From positions 32,001-96,000 of the forward strand of contig JAEOTR010000014.1 of assembly GCA_016839705.1 (NCBI GenBank): a DNA stretch of 64,000 nt, written 5' to 3'. A model generated the notes under the pieces. It saw nothing but the letters and a program-made list of their open reading frames with translations. It did no database searches and had not been told where the DNA came from. Both the position numbers and the translations under genes were made by a program. Source of the stretch: Promethearchaeota archaeon (lineage in GTDB: Archaea > Asgardarchaeota > Lokiarchaeia > Sigyniarchaeales > SOKP01). Below are positions 1 to 10,666 of the stretch, piece after piece. The first letter of the stretch is position 1, and each line of letters opens with the position of its first letter.

Positions 1-657
1 AAGTCCACCCGGGCGGGTAAGGGTGGTTGGAGAGTCCCCGGTAGTGCTTCGAGATGGAGGTATGACCCAAAAACTTGTGGAGGTGGTATGGATCGAGGAT
101 CTCCATGCGTATTTGATGACGGGTTTCATAAATTCTGGCTTGCCTTACACTTTATAGAAAATAAAATCGAAAAAGTCTATGCTTGGATAGATGGTGATTT
201 GATAGATATACCTGCTTATATTATGTGGAAATATAAGCAGCCTGAAAACACTGAATTTATTGTACCTAAATATGGAAATATGGAATTCAACCTTTCACCG
301 CAAATGTATCTACCAAGCCCATATTACGATATAGATGAATTTATTTTATTAACTGGATCAACAGGTGTAATGTGGATTAATCAAGTAACTGCAGGGGGGA
401 ACGTAATGTCGGATTCTGAGATCTTCCCTCCAGTTGTAGTTTTTCGAGATGGAAAAGTAGAATCGTTTACAGATATGGAACGAGACTGGAAATACGGATT
501 TATTAACTCAACAAAACATTTTATTGATGTAATAAAAAATGATGGTGCACCACTACTAACAGGAGAAGAAGGAAGGTATACGATTCAATTTTCTTTAGCT
601 GCCATAAAATCTTCATTGGAAGGAAGAGAGATCAACCCCGATGATATGATAGATTAG
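1..657 (+). CDS. Gfo/Idh/MocA family oxidoreductase, C-terminal part (5' end outside window)
   Basis: Frame is open from base 1 (KSTRAGKGGWRVPGSASRWRYDPKTCGGG...VFDDGFHK). WRxDPxxxGGG and DxGxH motifs; C-terminal HFIDVI...G.PLLTGEEG...AAIKS. Confidence 0.75.
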   Translation, partial: KSTRAGKGGWRVPGSASRWRYDPKTCGGGMDRGSPCVFDDGFHKFWLALHFIENKIEKVYAWIDGDLIDIPAYIMWKYKQPENTEFIVPKYGNMEFNLSPQMYLPSPYYDIDEFILLTGSTGVMWINQVTAGGNVMSDSEIFPPVVVFRDGKVESFTDMERDWKYGFINSTKHFIDVIKNDGAPLLTGEEGRYTIQFSLAAIKSSLEGREINPDDMID

Positions 658-661
658 AATC

Positions 662-1483
662 TTAGCTTTTTGAAAAACCTCCATGGTGAAATTCAATTTT
701 ATAGTTAAGCTTCATATTCTCACAATAACTCTTGATATCTTCTTCAAGAAAATCCCAATAGCTTCTATCTCTTTGAATCTCTTTATATTTTGAGAGAAAT
801 TCTGGATAATTCTCTCTTATAACATTCATTATTCGAGGAATATTATGCGGTCTGAAATTTAAATTTTCAAAACTAAAGTTATCTGTATAATCAAGTGTTT
901 CACCAATTATCCCTTTATAGTCTGTAATTTCAGGGAAAAAAGGGGATATAAATATATAAGTTTGAATACCATTTTCGTAGATTTCTTTTATAGCAGCAAA
1001 TCGATCTGAAGGTTTTGATGCACCTCGCTCAAGGATCCTGGCAAATTGCTCGTTTAAAGTGCTAATTGAAATCCCCACCTCAATATTTTTAAATTTCTTA
1101 AATAAATCGATATCTCTCACAACTAGCTTAGATTTAGTGAGGATAGTAATTTCGGCATTAGTTCCAACAAGTCTTTCTAATATTTTTCTAGTGTTTTGAT
1201 ATTTTTTTTCTAGGGGTAGATAGGGGTCTGTTACAGAACTTAGTAAAATTCTCTTGCCGTTATATTTTTGAGGTTTGATCTTTTCTAACTCAAATTGTTT
1301 AATATCGAGAAATTCTCCCCATTTGTCACCTTTATGATTCGTAAATCTAATCATGAATTCAGCGTAACAATAAATACAACCATGTTGACATCCCGTATAT
1401 GGATTAATAACAAAATCAATTTGAGGGATATTACTTTTTGTTATAATGCTCTTAGTTTCTCGAAAGTTTATTTTCATCTTCAA
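662..1483 (-). CDS. Radical SAM protein, SPL (spore photoproduct lyase)-like family
   Basis: NPYTGCQHGCIYCYA (CxxxCxxC), SSVTDPY, ILTKS motifs; start overlaps the upstream stop codon. Confidence 0.85.
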   Translation of the reverse strand: MKMKINFRETKSIITKSNIPQIDFVINPYTGCQHGCIYCYAEFMIRFTNHKGDKWGEFLDIKQFELEKIKPQKYNGKRILLSSVTDPYLPLEKKYQNTRKILERLVGTNAEITILTKSKLVVRDIDLFKKFKNIEVGISISTLNEQFARILERGASKPSDRFAAIKEIYENGIQTYIFISPFFPEITDYKGIIGETLDYTDNFSFENLNFRPHNIPRIMNVIRENYPEFLSKYKEIQRDRSYWDFLEEDIKSYCENMKLNYKIEFHHGGFSKS

Positions 1484-2250
1484 ATAGATGTTAGGGTATT
1501 TATTGCGATTTTAAATAATGTTTGGAGATGTTCATCAGTTAAATGAAAGTAGGGCTTCCAATCTCTTTCTCCTAAATAATCACTTATCGTAAAAATTGCT
1601 CCAGCATCAACTTTTAAAGCATATGCTACAGAGAATACCGCTGACGCCTCCATATCTACTGTTAGTACTCCTTCTTCTTTGTAATGTTCTATTTCTTTAA
1701 TAGTCTCCCGAAAAGGCGCATCAGTTGTCCACGATGTTCCAGAAGTATATTCTAATCCCATTTGTTCAATAGTTTCTATAATTTTATTGTTTAATCCTTG
1801 AGAAGGAAGTGAGTATTTTTCACCAGGGATATAGTGATATGAAGTTCCCTCATCTCGAATAGCTCGATCACATACGACAATATTTCCTAATGTTAAATCT
1901 TTCTGTAGAGCTCCAGCCGTTCCAACCGAAATAAACCATTTTACTCCAAAAGACGAAAGTTCCTCTAATAAGATTGCCGCACTTGGTGCACCTATTCCAA
2001 AATTTCCACAGATTCCAATGTTTCCTTGAGATTTTTCAAATAGATAGAATTCTCGAATAACATTTTCAATTTTTTTAACCCTATAGTTTTTTATTATATA
2101 ATCCATTAATTTCGGTTGAAAAGTAAAGATCACCCCTTTTGGAGGGTCAATCTCTGGGTATCTCCCCATTTTCTTTCTATATTCCCAGAAATTCTTTCCA
2201 TTAAGTAATGGGGTTTCACGATATTTATCAGAAAAATTTGGGAAAGGCAT
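1480..2250 (-). CDS. Nucleoside phosphorylase (PNP/UDP family)
   Basis: GIGAP, VGTAG, AIRDEGTSYHY, WTTDAPFRET, VDMEASA motifs. Confidence 0.9.
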   Translation of the reverse strand: MPFPNFSDKYRETPLLNGKNFWEYRKKMGRYPEIDPPKGVIFTFQPKLMDYIIKNYRVKKIENVIREFYLFEKSQGNIGICGNFGIGAPSAAILLEELSSFGVKWFISVGTAGALQKDLTLGNIVVCDRAIRDEGTSYHYIPGEKYSLPSQGLNNKIIETIEQMGLEYTSGTSWTTDAPFRETIKEIEHYKEEGVLTVDMEASAVFSVAYALKVDAGAIFTISDYLGERDWKPYFHLTDEHLQTLFKIAINTLTSI

Positions 2251-2374
2251 GTTAAATAATTCAACTTAATATTTTTAAAACTTTTAGAAATTGAATTAGG
2301 GAATAGAAAGAACCTTAACGGTTATAAATAATATCTTCGAGTTATGCCGTTTGATGCTATATTTACACTATATA

Positions 2375-3004
2375 TTAAATAGAATTGACATTTTTACCTA
2401 TTAATAACCACATTGTATGATATTCTGTATCTTTAGAATAGTTTTTGTGAAAATATTCAAATAGATCAACAATCTTCAAAAATTTGAAATCCTCCCGAAG
2501 CTCCTCTTCCGAACAGAAATGAAGGAAGAACTCACTTTGAAATGAATTTGGATCATTTTTTACTGATACGCCTTTCCCATAATATTGCCTATCATTTGAG
2601 GAAAGTGTACTCAAGAAAAAAAAACCGTGTGATTTTAAAATTTTCTTGATTTTGAAAATAAATGCATTTCTATCAGCCATATTAAAGAAATGGTATACCC
2701 CTGAAACGTAAATTATATCATATTGAGTATCATCTAAATCCTTCCGATTCATGCATTCAAATGTGACATTATCTTTGTTTGAATTTAGTTCAATTGCATT
2801 TTCTATAGCTTTTAATGAAATATCAATTCCTCGTATTGTGAGATTATCTAATTTCGAAGATATAAAGTCGATATCGCGCCCATTACCACATCCAATATCT
2901 AGAAATGTGAATTGATTGGATTTAGTCAATTTTTTTTGAAGAAAACTTAAAGCCATACTGGCATTTATACTAACCTTATCATCGCCACTTGGAATATGGT
3001 TCAT
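2375..3004 (-). CDS. Class I SAM-dependent methyltransferase
   Basis: LDIGCGNG motif I, GIDIS, YDII. Confidence 0.85.
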   Translation of the reverse strand: MNHIPSGDDKVSINASMALSFLQKKLTKSNQFTFLDIGCGNGRDIDFISSKLDNLTIRGIDISLKAIENAIELNSNKDNVTFECMNRKDLDDTQYDIIYVSGVYHFFNMADRNAFIFKIKKILKSHGFFFLSTLSSNDRQYYGKGVSVKNDPNSFQSEFFLHFCSEEELREDFKFLKIVDLFEYFHKNYSKDTEYHTMWLLIGKNVNSI

Positions 3005-3099
3005 ATATATTTTTAATCAAAAGAGAGTTAAAAAAATATCTTTAGCTTTAGAAAAAAAGAACCTTAAAGACAAATAAAAATAAAAAAAATATGGATTAC

Positions 3100-4068
3100 T
3101 TATTTTTTGGGTTTTCTTTTAGTAATAATTACGTAAATGACTAATCCGGCAATGCAAGCTATTATTATTATTAAAATTAGATAAAATATCCAATCTGAGT
3201 TAACATTGATAAGTTGGAAAATAATAGTATCACTGACATTTCTAACCGCAAAAGACACCATAGTTCCTTTTTCTCCATATGATATTTCAACAGTATAATT
3301 CGTTTCACCTGAACGTTTAAAAATAAGTGTATTCCCCGTTGAGGATGCATTTTCACATCCAAGTTCATTAATTAAGTCCGTTAAATACTGAGTTCGTGGT
3401 GTTGCAATAGCTAATCCATTAAGGATTAACTGCCATAAAAACTCATCTGCCATTAGGTTAGGAAACGTATAACCTGAAAGTTGAATAGCCAAATTTCCAT
3501 TAAGCTCAGCCGCGATAGCATTATAATCATCTAAAATTGTTTTAACATCAGCAGGATCCTTAAATATTAACAGTCCCTCATTATAGCTAGGTTGTTCTTC
3601 ATGAGTCCCATCTGTGAAGTTCCAAACAGCGCGTACACCATACCATAGATTATAGGTATTCGTATAATTTTCATTAATCAATGTTTCGTTGAATCCAGCA
3701 GAATTCATGATGGTAAGTAGTATCACTAAGTCTTCTATATTGAAATGTTCCGCCATGATTAAAGTTGTTAAAATATCATAGGCTTCCCATGTAATATCAT
3801 TCCAACCTAGTATAGTTGTTCTACTCTTCGCTCCAGTAATATTTGCATCTCCCTCGAACCAGAAGCTTGGATTTGTGGATGAATTAACTGTAGACTTCCA
3901 CGCCGCATCATTGTATTGATTTACTAATAAATCATCAGTCCCTTTCGCTAGAGTCAATTGATAGTTTATACTAGCTGACACTGATATAGCAAACATCCCA
4001 CAAATTATTATTCCAAACAATGTTAAACTCAAAAAACTTGTTTTGGTTTTATTCTTAATTAGCCTCAT
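3100..4068 (-). CDS. Secreted, C-terminally membrane-anchored hypothetical protein
   Basis: N-terminal signal peptide, many N-x-S/T sequons, C-terminal hydrophobic helix followed by KRKPKK; last gene of the padR-ABC operon. Confidence 0.7.
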   Translation of the reverse strand: MRLIKNKTKTSFLSLTLFGIIICGMFAISVSASINYQLTLAKGTDDLLVNQYNDAAWKSTVNSSTNPSFWFEGDANITGAKSRTTILGWNDITWEAYDILTTLIMAEHFNIEDLVILLTIMNSAGFNETLINENYTNTYNLWYGVRAVWNFTDGTHEEQPSYNEGLLIFKDPADVKTILDDYNAIAAELNGNLAIQLSGYTFPNLMADEFLWQLILNGLAIATPRTQYLTDLINELGCENASSTGNTLIFKRSGETNYTVEISYGEKGTMVSFAVRNVSDTIIFQLINVNSDWIFYLILIIIIACIAGLVIYVIITKRKPKK

Positions 4069-4069
4069 T

Positions 4070-4930
4070 TTATAATTGCCTCCGTTTGAATAATATTGCT
4101 GCTAATATCAAGAAAACAACTGTATTTACGAGTAACAAAGTAATTCCCATACCAACTGTAGGAGTCACCCATTGACCAATTGTAAAATCTCCTCCTGGAC
4201 CAAACGGGCCGCCACCACTACCACTAAATGAAAATTCGACAAACCTTGGATCTGGAAATGGATTATTAAGTATCCCTGTGATAAGAGACCCTAAGTATGC
4301 TAAAGAATATAAAGGTTCAAAACTATCAGCTAAAATAAATGAAACTATCTGATCGGCTATATTCAATCCTATTAATAGGATTACTAATGTAGATATGATT
4401 GTAAGATTTACACTTCTCATGAATGAACTAAAGAAAGTTACAAAGCTGCTTAAAGCTATAACATATAATATCGCAATACCATATGAATAAAATAGCCTAA
4501 TATTGATAGGTCCGCTATAGTAAAAAAATCCTAAAAGCCCAAGTATAAAGTAATAAATTGAAATAATCGCAATAACTAAAATTAGATTCCCAAAATATTT
4601 CCCTAATATCAACTTATATTTGTTGATTTTTGGAAACACAATAAACCCCGTTTTTTTATCATACTCAGAGCAAATAATTCCCGAGAAAAACAAACAAGCT
4701 GCAAATAAAGTTAAGAAGGAAATAAATTGTAATCCTGTATTAAAGAATTCTGTTTGTGTGTTAGATAATAAATAAGAAGGTATCGCAGGTAGTACATATC
4801 CCAGTAAAAAACTGATTAATATGGTAATTCCTAAAAAGAAATAAAACTTCTTTTTTTGCTTTTTCAATTCGAATATAATTGTATAAAGCACAGGCTTTAT
4901 CCCTATATGGGTGATCGTTCTCTCTGCCAT
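4070..4930 (-). CDS. ABC-2 type transporter permease
   Basis: About 6 TM helices and an EYDKKTG...FPKINK...GKYFG loop; directly follows the ATPase gene. Start placed at the ATG at 4930. Confidence 0.85.
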   Translation of the reverse strand: MAERTITHIGIKPVLYTIIFELKKQKKKFYFFLGITILISFLLGYVLPAIPSYLLSNTQTEFFNTGLQFISFLTLFAACLFFSGIICSEYDKKTGFIVFPKINKYKLILGKYFGNLILVIAIISIYYFILGLLGFFYYSGPINIRLFYSYGIAILYVIALSSFVTFFSSFMRSVNLTIISTLVILLIGLNIADQIVSFILADSFEPLYSLAYLGSLITGILNNPFPDPRFVEFSFSGSGGGPFGPGGDFTIGQWVTPTVGMGITLLLVNTVVFLILAAILFKRRQL

Positions 4931-4934
4931 TTTT

Positions 4935-5963
4935 TTATTCACCTTCCTCATTTATTTCATTATCTTTTACCATTTCTGCATACACTCTCTCCAACTGGGA
5001 TGTTTTAGGTTGAGTAAATGAGATCACCGTAAAATCTGATTCGAATTCTCTTATTAGAATTTTTAAGATTTCTCCCTTAGATTCGCTTTTTCCATCAAAA
5101 TATACTTTTAAACCTTGATGCTCAGGGAAATACTTTATGGGTATTTTTGAGATATTGGGATCTAAGTTCTTATCTAAATAGGGATTAAGATTTTCAGTCA
5201 ATCTTTTTAATAAGGGATCTAATTCACTTGCGTTAAGAGGATTTAACAGGACTGCATTTACTTCACTTGTTTTTAACGTGAGAGCTAAATTTTCTACTGA
5301 ATCGAAGCCTATTATCGAACCTAAGTTGATTAAAGCAATTTTATCACACACTTCAGATATTTCATATAGCATGTGAGATGCTACGAATATAGTTTTTCCT
5401 AGCGCTTGAAGCTCCCTAATGTATTTTCTTATTTCAACGCGAGCTAAAGGATCTAACCCTGTCTGAGGTTCATCTAATATTATAATCTCTGGATCATGAA
5501 TAATAGCTTGAATAATTCCTAACTTCTGTGTCATTCCTTTAGAAAAATTTTTAACTTTCTCATGTTTCCAATCAGAAAGTTTAAACAATTTTAGTAATTC
5601 ATTTATTCTCTGATTTATTTTATCTTTTGGATATTTTTGAAGATTCGCGAAATATCTAAGAAGTTGATTAGCAGTCATATTGTAAAAATTAGGGATATCT
5701 ATTAAAAATCCAATTTGGGTTACCGTACTAGAAACATGTTGTAAATCTTCTAATTCGCTATGATTTGTTCGCATTAAGATTCTTCCTGAATTTGGTCTTA
5801 ATATTTTGGCAATCATTTTGATTGTAGTTGTTTTTCCTGCACCATTAGGTCCTACCAATCCAATTGTTTCACCTCTACATACTTCTAAGTTAATTTGATT
5901 CACCGCTGTAAAGTTACCGAACTTTTTTGTTAAATTCTCTAATTTAAGCACAATTTCTGACAT
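4935..5963 (-). CDS. ABC transporter ATP-binding protein
   Basis: Walker A GPNGAGKTT, signature FSKGMTQK, Walker B IILDEP, H-loop SH. Confidence 0.95.
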   Translation of the reverse strand: MSEIVLKLENLTKKFGNFTAVNQINLEVCRGETIGLVGPNGAGKTTTIKMIAKILRPNSGRILMRTNHSELEDLQHVSSTVTQIGFLIDIPNFYNMTANQLLRYFANLQKYPKDKINQRINELLKLFKLSDWKHEKVKNFSKGMTQKLGIIQAIIHDPEIIILDEPQTGLDPLARVEIRKYIRELQALGKTIFVASHMLYEISEVCDKIALINLGSIIGFDSVENLALTLKTSEVNAVLLNPLNASELDPLLKRLTENLNPYLDKNLDPNISKIPIKYFPEHQGLKVYFDGKSESKGEILKILIREFESDFTVISFTQPKTSQLERVYAEMVKDNEINEEGE

Positions 5964-5999
5964 TGTTTTCAGTTTTTTATTAACATTTTTTATTTAAAT

Positions 6000-6620
6000 T
6001 TATGTATCAGACCTTAATTCTGAAATTTTTTTATCGATGTCTGTTAAACGTTGAGATAAATGTTCAATCTGTTTACTAATGAACAACTTCTGGATATCTA
6101 AAATTCCTAGTTGTTCTTTTTTAGATTTGTCTTCCAGTCTACCCATGAATTCACCTTTAAATGGCCCCAAAAAAGGTCCTTTCATTGAAAATCCTTGTAT
6201 TAAAGCTTTTTGAAAGGAAGGACCTTTAAGAATAAGATCTTGGAGGTCTTCCTTAAGAAAATCATCCCCAAGTTCAGATGTAGAGAAGATAATAGATCTC
6301 ATCGATTCTCTTATCTCCCTTTCTTTTTGTAGCATTAAATCTAATATTTCTTTACCTTTCCTTGTAAGTTCATATACTTTTTTCGAATCATCTGGATCAT
6401 GAGTTTTTTGTTGTTTTATTAACTCTTTATCTCGTAGATCCTTAAGGACAGTATACATAGTCGAGTCGGTAGGTGACCATACTCCTAGAGTACGTTGCTC
6501 TATCAGCTTTTTGATATGATACCCATGCGATGGTTCTTTATTCAAAACTAAAAGCACAAAGATGTTAACAAAACCTTTTTTCATGGTTCTCTCGAATTTG
6601 TCTGCGATATTTTCAACCAT
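6000..6620 (-). CDS. PadR family transcriptional regulator with C-terminal extension
   Basis: HGYHIKK...PTDSTMYTVLKDL...KKVYELTRKG winged helix; ATG at 6620 lies downstream of a TATA box at about 6693-6700. Confidence 0.88.
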   Translation of the reverse strand: MVENIADKFERTMKKGFVNIFVLLVLNKEPSHGYHIKKLIEQRTLGVWSPTDSTMYTVLKDLRDKELIKQQKTHDPDDSKKVYELTRKGKEILDLMLQKEREIRESMRSIIFSTSELGDDFLKEDLQDLILKGPSFQKALIQGFSMKGPFLGPFKGEFMGRLEDKSKKEQLGILDIQKLFISKQIEHLSQRLTDIDKKISELRSDT

Positions 6621-6649
6621 AATTTTCAACTTTTGAAATATTACTACGT

Positions 6650-6667
6650 TTATCGATACATCGACAA
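6650..6667. promoter_or_regulatory. Inverted repeat TT(A)TCGAT-AC-ATCGA(C)AA, candidate PadR operator
   Basis: Near-perfect palindrome between the minus-strand TTTATATA box (6693-6700) and the padR start. Confidence 0.5.
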
Positions 6668-6773
6668 CAATAGTAATATAACGGTAATCGAAGTATATAA
6701 ATTTTGAGATTATAAAAAAAAAGATCAAAGACTACACTAAATAAGTTTAGACTAAGAATTGATAATTATTACA

Positions 6774-7901
6774 TTAGATCTTTTTACCAACTTTTATGAA
6801 TTCTTTAAAGTTCTCCATATCTTTTTTCTCTATCTTCAACGCTATATAAGCACTTAAAATACTAATTCCTGCTTTCACAGAAGCACGTATTCCTAATTTA
6901 TCATGCATAGTTTTAAGTAGCCACCCTAGGATGATGTTGAATACCACTACCACTATCCAGATCGTATGGTAAGCACTTAACTGTCCCATGAAAAGTACAA
7001 GCAGAACATTATGTCCAAGAAAAATGGTGAATGAGTAGTAAGAATAGTAATAGAGAAGGTTATAGCTCTTTTTTGTTTTGATTACTTCTAATATTTCTAT
7101 CACGATGAGTATCGCTAGCGCAGCTATTATAAAACCTAATGCATAAAGATTAGATGAGATGGTGTTAAAGGTTATAAAATTAGGAAAAAAGAACAGAATA
7201 CCGAAGATACATACGGATATACCAATAACGATAGAATAAATTATTGATCTATGTGTAAACAAAAATTCTTTTTTCTTCTGTTCATCAGCATTTTTTAAGT
7301 CAAAAATGTAATCTCCCATAACAGAACCAAAAAGTACGATTCCGTAATAGTTTAAGATCCAATATGTATCAATGGGATTAAATAATATGTGATGAACGAT
7401 CCCTAAAAAACTAGGTTGTCCACTATACGGTGAAAGCATTGTTAATAAGATTTGGTTTAAGACAATTGCTATTATCGCAACGCCTACCCTTAATATTTTA
7501 GATCTTTTTAGTAAGGGCCATGCTAGTAATAGTGATACACCAATTGTTTGCAACGCGTTCCAACTCCATGTATCTGTTATATCACCACCACCAAATACCA
7601 TAGCAACGCCTAAGTTGAAAAAGAGTGCTATTATTAATATGAAAAGCGCTCTTAAGAGATAAATATTTCTCATAGTCTTCATCGACAATTTCTGTGTTTG
7701 TTGATTATTTTTATAAGCTAATGTTGAACTTACCCCTGAGATAAAGAGAAAACCTGTAGCCCCAATGGGAGCAAGAAATGCATACAACCAAAATTTAAGC
7801 CAAAAATCTTCTGGTCTTATCCAGAACTGAAGCATATGGCCATATACCATTATCCAAATAGAAAAACCCCGTAGTATATCAACACTCTTTATCCGCTGCA
7901 A
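6774..7901 (-). CDS. DUF1624 / heparan-alpha-glucosaminide N-acetyltransferase-like membrane protein
   Basis: RIKSVDILRG...M..GH, FLFISG and WNALQTIG motifs; about 10 TM helices. Confidence 0.8.
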   Translation of the reverse strand: MQRIKSVDILRGFSIWIMVYGHMLQFWIRPEDFWLKFWLYAFLAPIGATGFLFISGVSSTLAYKNNQQTQKLSMKTMRNIYLLRALFILIIALFFNLGVAMVFGGGDITDTWSWNALQTIGVSLLLAWPLLKRSKILRVGVAIIAIVLNQILLTMLSPYSGQPSFLGIVHHILFNPIDTYWILNYYGIVLFGSVMGDYIFDLKNADEQKKKEFLFTHRSIIYSIVIGISVCIFGILFFFPNFITFNTISSNLYALGFIIAALAILIVIEILEVIKTKKSYNLLYYYSYYSFTIFLGHNVLLVLFMGQLSAYHTIWIVVVVFNIILGWLLKTMHDKLGIRASVKAGISILSAYIALKIEKKDMENFKEFIKVGKKI

Positions 7902-8151
7902 TTTCCTAAAAAATGGTATTTGTTTTTTATATCTAAAATTGTGAAAGAAATATATAATATTTTATAAAAACAAAATTTTCTAGAAAATTAGAAATCGATA
8001 GTTAATGGATTATCAAATTTTAATTATGAAATATTAGTTTTTTATTAAACAAAAGTAATCAAAAGACTAAACATATTTATTTCAATATTTTAGGGATAAA
8101 TACTGGAATTTCTTCCACTTAAATATATACATAAGATCCTAAGATCATCTC

Positions 8152-8619
8152 TTATTTAGAATCTTCTAATTCCTTTTTGCGATCCTTAATAATTTTCTTC
8201 ATGGGTCTAAATATTAAATAATGTCCTTGTTGATATGGCCTATAACCATGAAATACTTTACCAAGTTTTGAGCCAAAATAATACCAGAATAAATATGATA
8301 TAAGTAAAAAGCAAGCGATTATTTCCATTCCAGGTTGTTGAGTAATTCTATAATCGAGTCCAAATACAATAAATGAGTTCCACAAAAAGTAACTTCCCTT
8401 ATCGATCAACGGAATATTTACCCATGGAAGAAAATTTAACCATCTCATATCAAGAATTTCAAAATATATTAAGATTTCAATAGTCCATAAGGCTGAGAGA
8501 AAAATAATTGCTAGAAAAACAATCCAGTCTTTATTTCTTCTACGTAAATATTTTCGATATAAATAAGAATTTAACCAACCAGCAACAAAACTTAGAATTA
8601 ATCCTTCTATAAATCCCAT
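8152..8619 (-). CDS. Hypothetical membrane protein
   Basis: Three hydrophobic segments; abuts the upstream epimerase gene. Confidence 0.65.
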   Translation of the reverse strand: MGFIEGLILSFVAGWLNSYLYRKYLRRRNKDWIVFLAIIFLSALWTIEILIYFEILDMRWLNFLPWVNIPLIDKGSYFLWNSFIVFGLDYRITQQPGMEIIACFLLISYLFWYYFGSKLGKVFHGYRPYQQGHYLIFRPMKKIIKDRKKELEDSK

Positions 8620-9750
8620 TTAGTATTCACTTTCCAACCATTTATTTTTTTGATACCATTCTGCGGTGTCCTTAGTAGCGCTTTTATAATCTGGGAATTT
8701 GAATTTAAACCCTAACTCTTTAATTTTATTATTAGAAAAAAGATATTGATGAGTTAAATAACCTGCCATTGATAAATCGACCGGAGGTCTTGAATTTAAT
8801 TTTCTAGCTTTTTTATCATTTCTTTTACTAAGCCAAAAAAGGAATTTTGAAAAAGCTTTATAAAACGGCCACCATACTGGAAAATTAAAATAATCGACAT
8901 TTAATAAATCTGCGAGATATTCAAGGAAATCTTCTTGAAAACATACATCTATAACTAGATTATAAACTTCGCCTATTGACCTAATATCTTCTACTAGATA
9001 TACAGCCGATCTAACTAAATCTTCAATATGAATTAACGGCATTACTAAACGCTTTTTTTTAGGATATATATGTACTCCTGGTCCAAATCCAGATTTATTT
9101 ACTATTTGTATTAAATGAAAAACACCATAGATTTGATATGGTCCCAGAATCGGCGCGGATCGTATAATGGTAGCCTTCAATTGATAATTAATAATATAAT
9201 CCTTCAAAATCATTTCCTGTTCCATTTTACTAATACTATAATTATTTGGAGGGTTATAAGGTGCAGTCTCATCAGTGGGGATAGGATAACCTCTTTTATC
9301 CTTTCTATATTTGGGTTCTCCATAAACACCGCATGTACTCCAATGTATAAATCTTAATCTCTCCAGATCTTGAGTTTTAATTATAATTTCAAGTAGATTT
9401 CTTGTGCCTTCTACATTTATCTTTCTTAGAAGATTAAAAGGAGCAAAATAATCATATAAACTGGCAGGGTGGAAAATAATATCATATTTTCTCTCTTGAA
9501 ACAGATTATTAAGGGTTTTTTTATCTGTTAGATCAGCAGGGATAAAAATTATTCTCTCATCCTCCAAAATTTCAGTCATATATTTAAACCGTGGACTGAA
9601 AATTGTTTCTTTTGTCATTAATTCATTTCTCTTTTCTTTGGGTAAATCTGTTGCTATGATTTTCCAATCTGGTTTTGTTTCTAATAACTCTTTTATAAGA
9701 AACGTGCCAGTATGACCTTTAGCTCCATCCACTAAAACTAATTTACTCAA
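8620..9750 (-). CDS. NAD-dependent epimerase/dehydratase (extended SDR)
   Basis: GAKGHTG Rossmann motif, NVEGT, STCGVYG, catalytic YSISK. Confidence 0.88.
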   Translation of the reverse strand: MSKLVLVDGAKGHTGTFLIKELLETKPDWKIIATDLPKEKRNELMTKETIFSPRFKYMTEILEDERIIFIPADLTDKKTLNNLFQERKYDIIFHPASLYDYFAPFNLLRKINVEGTRNLLEIIIKTQDLERLRFIHWSTCGVYGEPKYRKDKRGYPIPTDETAPYNPPNNYSISKMEQEMILKDYIINYQLKATIIRSAPILGPYQIYGVFHLIQIVNKSGFGPGVHIYPKKKRLVMPLIHIEDLVRSAVYLVEDIRSIGEVYNLVIDVCFQEDFLEYLADLLNVDYFNFPVWWPFYKAFSKFLFWLSKRNDKKARKLNSRPPVDLSMAGYLTHQYLFSNNKIKELGFKFKFPDYKSATKDTAEWYQKNKWLESEY

Positions 9751-9984
9751 TTTTAACCTAATTTATGTTATTTATTTACTGTGAATTTAATTTTTTTAAG
9801 TTAAAAGAGTATTAAAGGTTTCTTCAGCACTTAAGAATAAAGTTTACAAAGAAGACTCATTATTGAAATGAAGAAGTGGTTTCTAAGTAGCTTTTGATTA
9901 TTTAATACAATATTAATATACTCATATATTAAATTATCAAATTTTGCAAATTTTGTGAAGGGATCTCCGCATGAGGTTAAAATT

Positions 9985-10356
9985 TTGTTGGGTTCCAATG
10001 AAATTCAAGAAATTTTGAGTATTATAACTAGTATATCAGATTAAACAAATTTATTAGCATTAAATGCAAGCATCGAAGCAGGAAGAGCAGGTGAAAGTGG
10101 AAGAAGCTTTGCTGTGGTAGCAGATGAATTGAGAAAACTAGCTGAAGAATCTAAAAAAGCTGTTCGGAATTCAGGAGGAAAAATAAGCACCATTTTGGAT
10201 AAAATTAAATATTCTTTTACTTCAATGGAAGAAATCAGCGCATCTACAGAACAACAAACAGCATCCATGGAAGAAATTTCAGCAACATCTCAAAAATTAG
10301 GAATTCTTGCTAAAAGGCTAAAATCTTCATTAACTTCATATGGATCTACTGAATAA
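9985..10356 (+). pseudogene. Truncated MCP signalling-domain pseudogene
   Basis: Reads [47 protein letters not shown] at 10042-10044 replaces the conserved Q (CAA in the neighbouring paralogue). No TM region. Confidence 0.75.
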
Positions 10357-10507
10357 GTCACTTTTATTTTTATTTTAAATTTATTTTTAATTATTTTTTT
10401 TATATTCACCTCAATATTATCCTTGTATTATATAGAATAATATATCTAAGAAAGCTTCAAAACATTAACGAAACAAGTTTAAACAAAAAGGGGTTTAAGA
10501 TTAAAAA

Positions 10508-10666
10508 ATGAAACTAATAACGTGTCACATCCCAGAAGCCTATCTTTCAGGAATAGAAGAGTTAGTTAACATGAATTTATATCCTAATCGTTCAGAAGTA
10601 ATTCGTGTAGCAATACGGGATTTGCTGAAAACTGAACTTAGTGTAATCTTGAGGAAAAAGGACTAA
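10508..10666 (+). CDS. Ribbon-helix-helix (CopG/Arc/MetJ, CdrS-like) DNA-binding protein, 52 aa; not in ORF track
   Basis: MKLITCHIPEAYLSGIEELVNMNLYPNRSEVIRVAIRDLLKTELSVILRKKD: alternating beta strand plus YPNRSEVIR.AIRDLL signature. Confidence 0.85.
   Translation: MKLITCHIPEAYLSGIEELVNMNLYPNRSEVIRVAIRDLLKTELSVILRKKD

Noticed and set aside
10042-10044. Recoded stop in the MCP fragment
   Set aside because: The codon is TAA at a Gln position and the gene also lacks its N-terminus, so this is ordinary decay.
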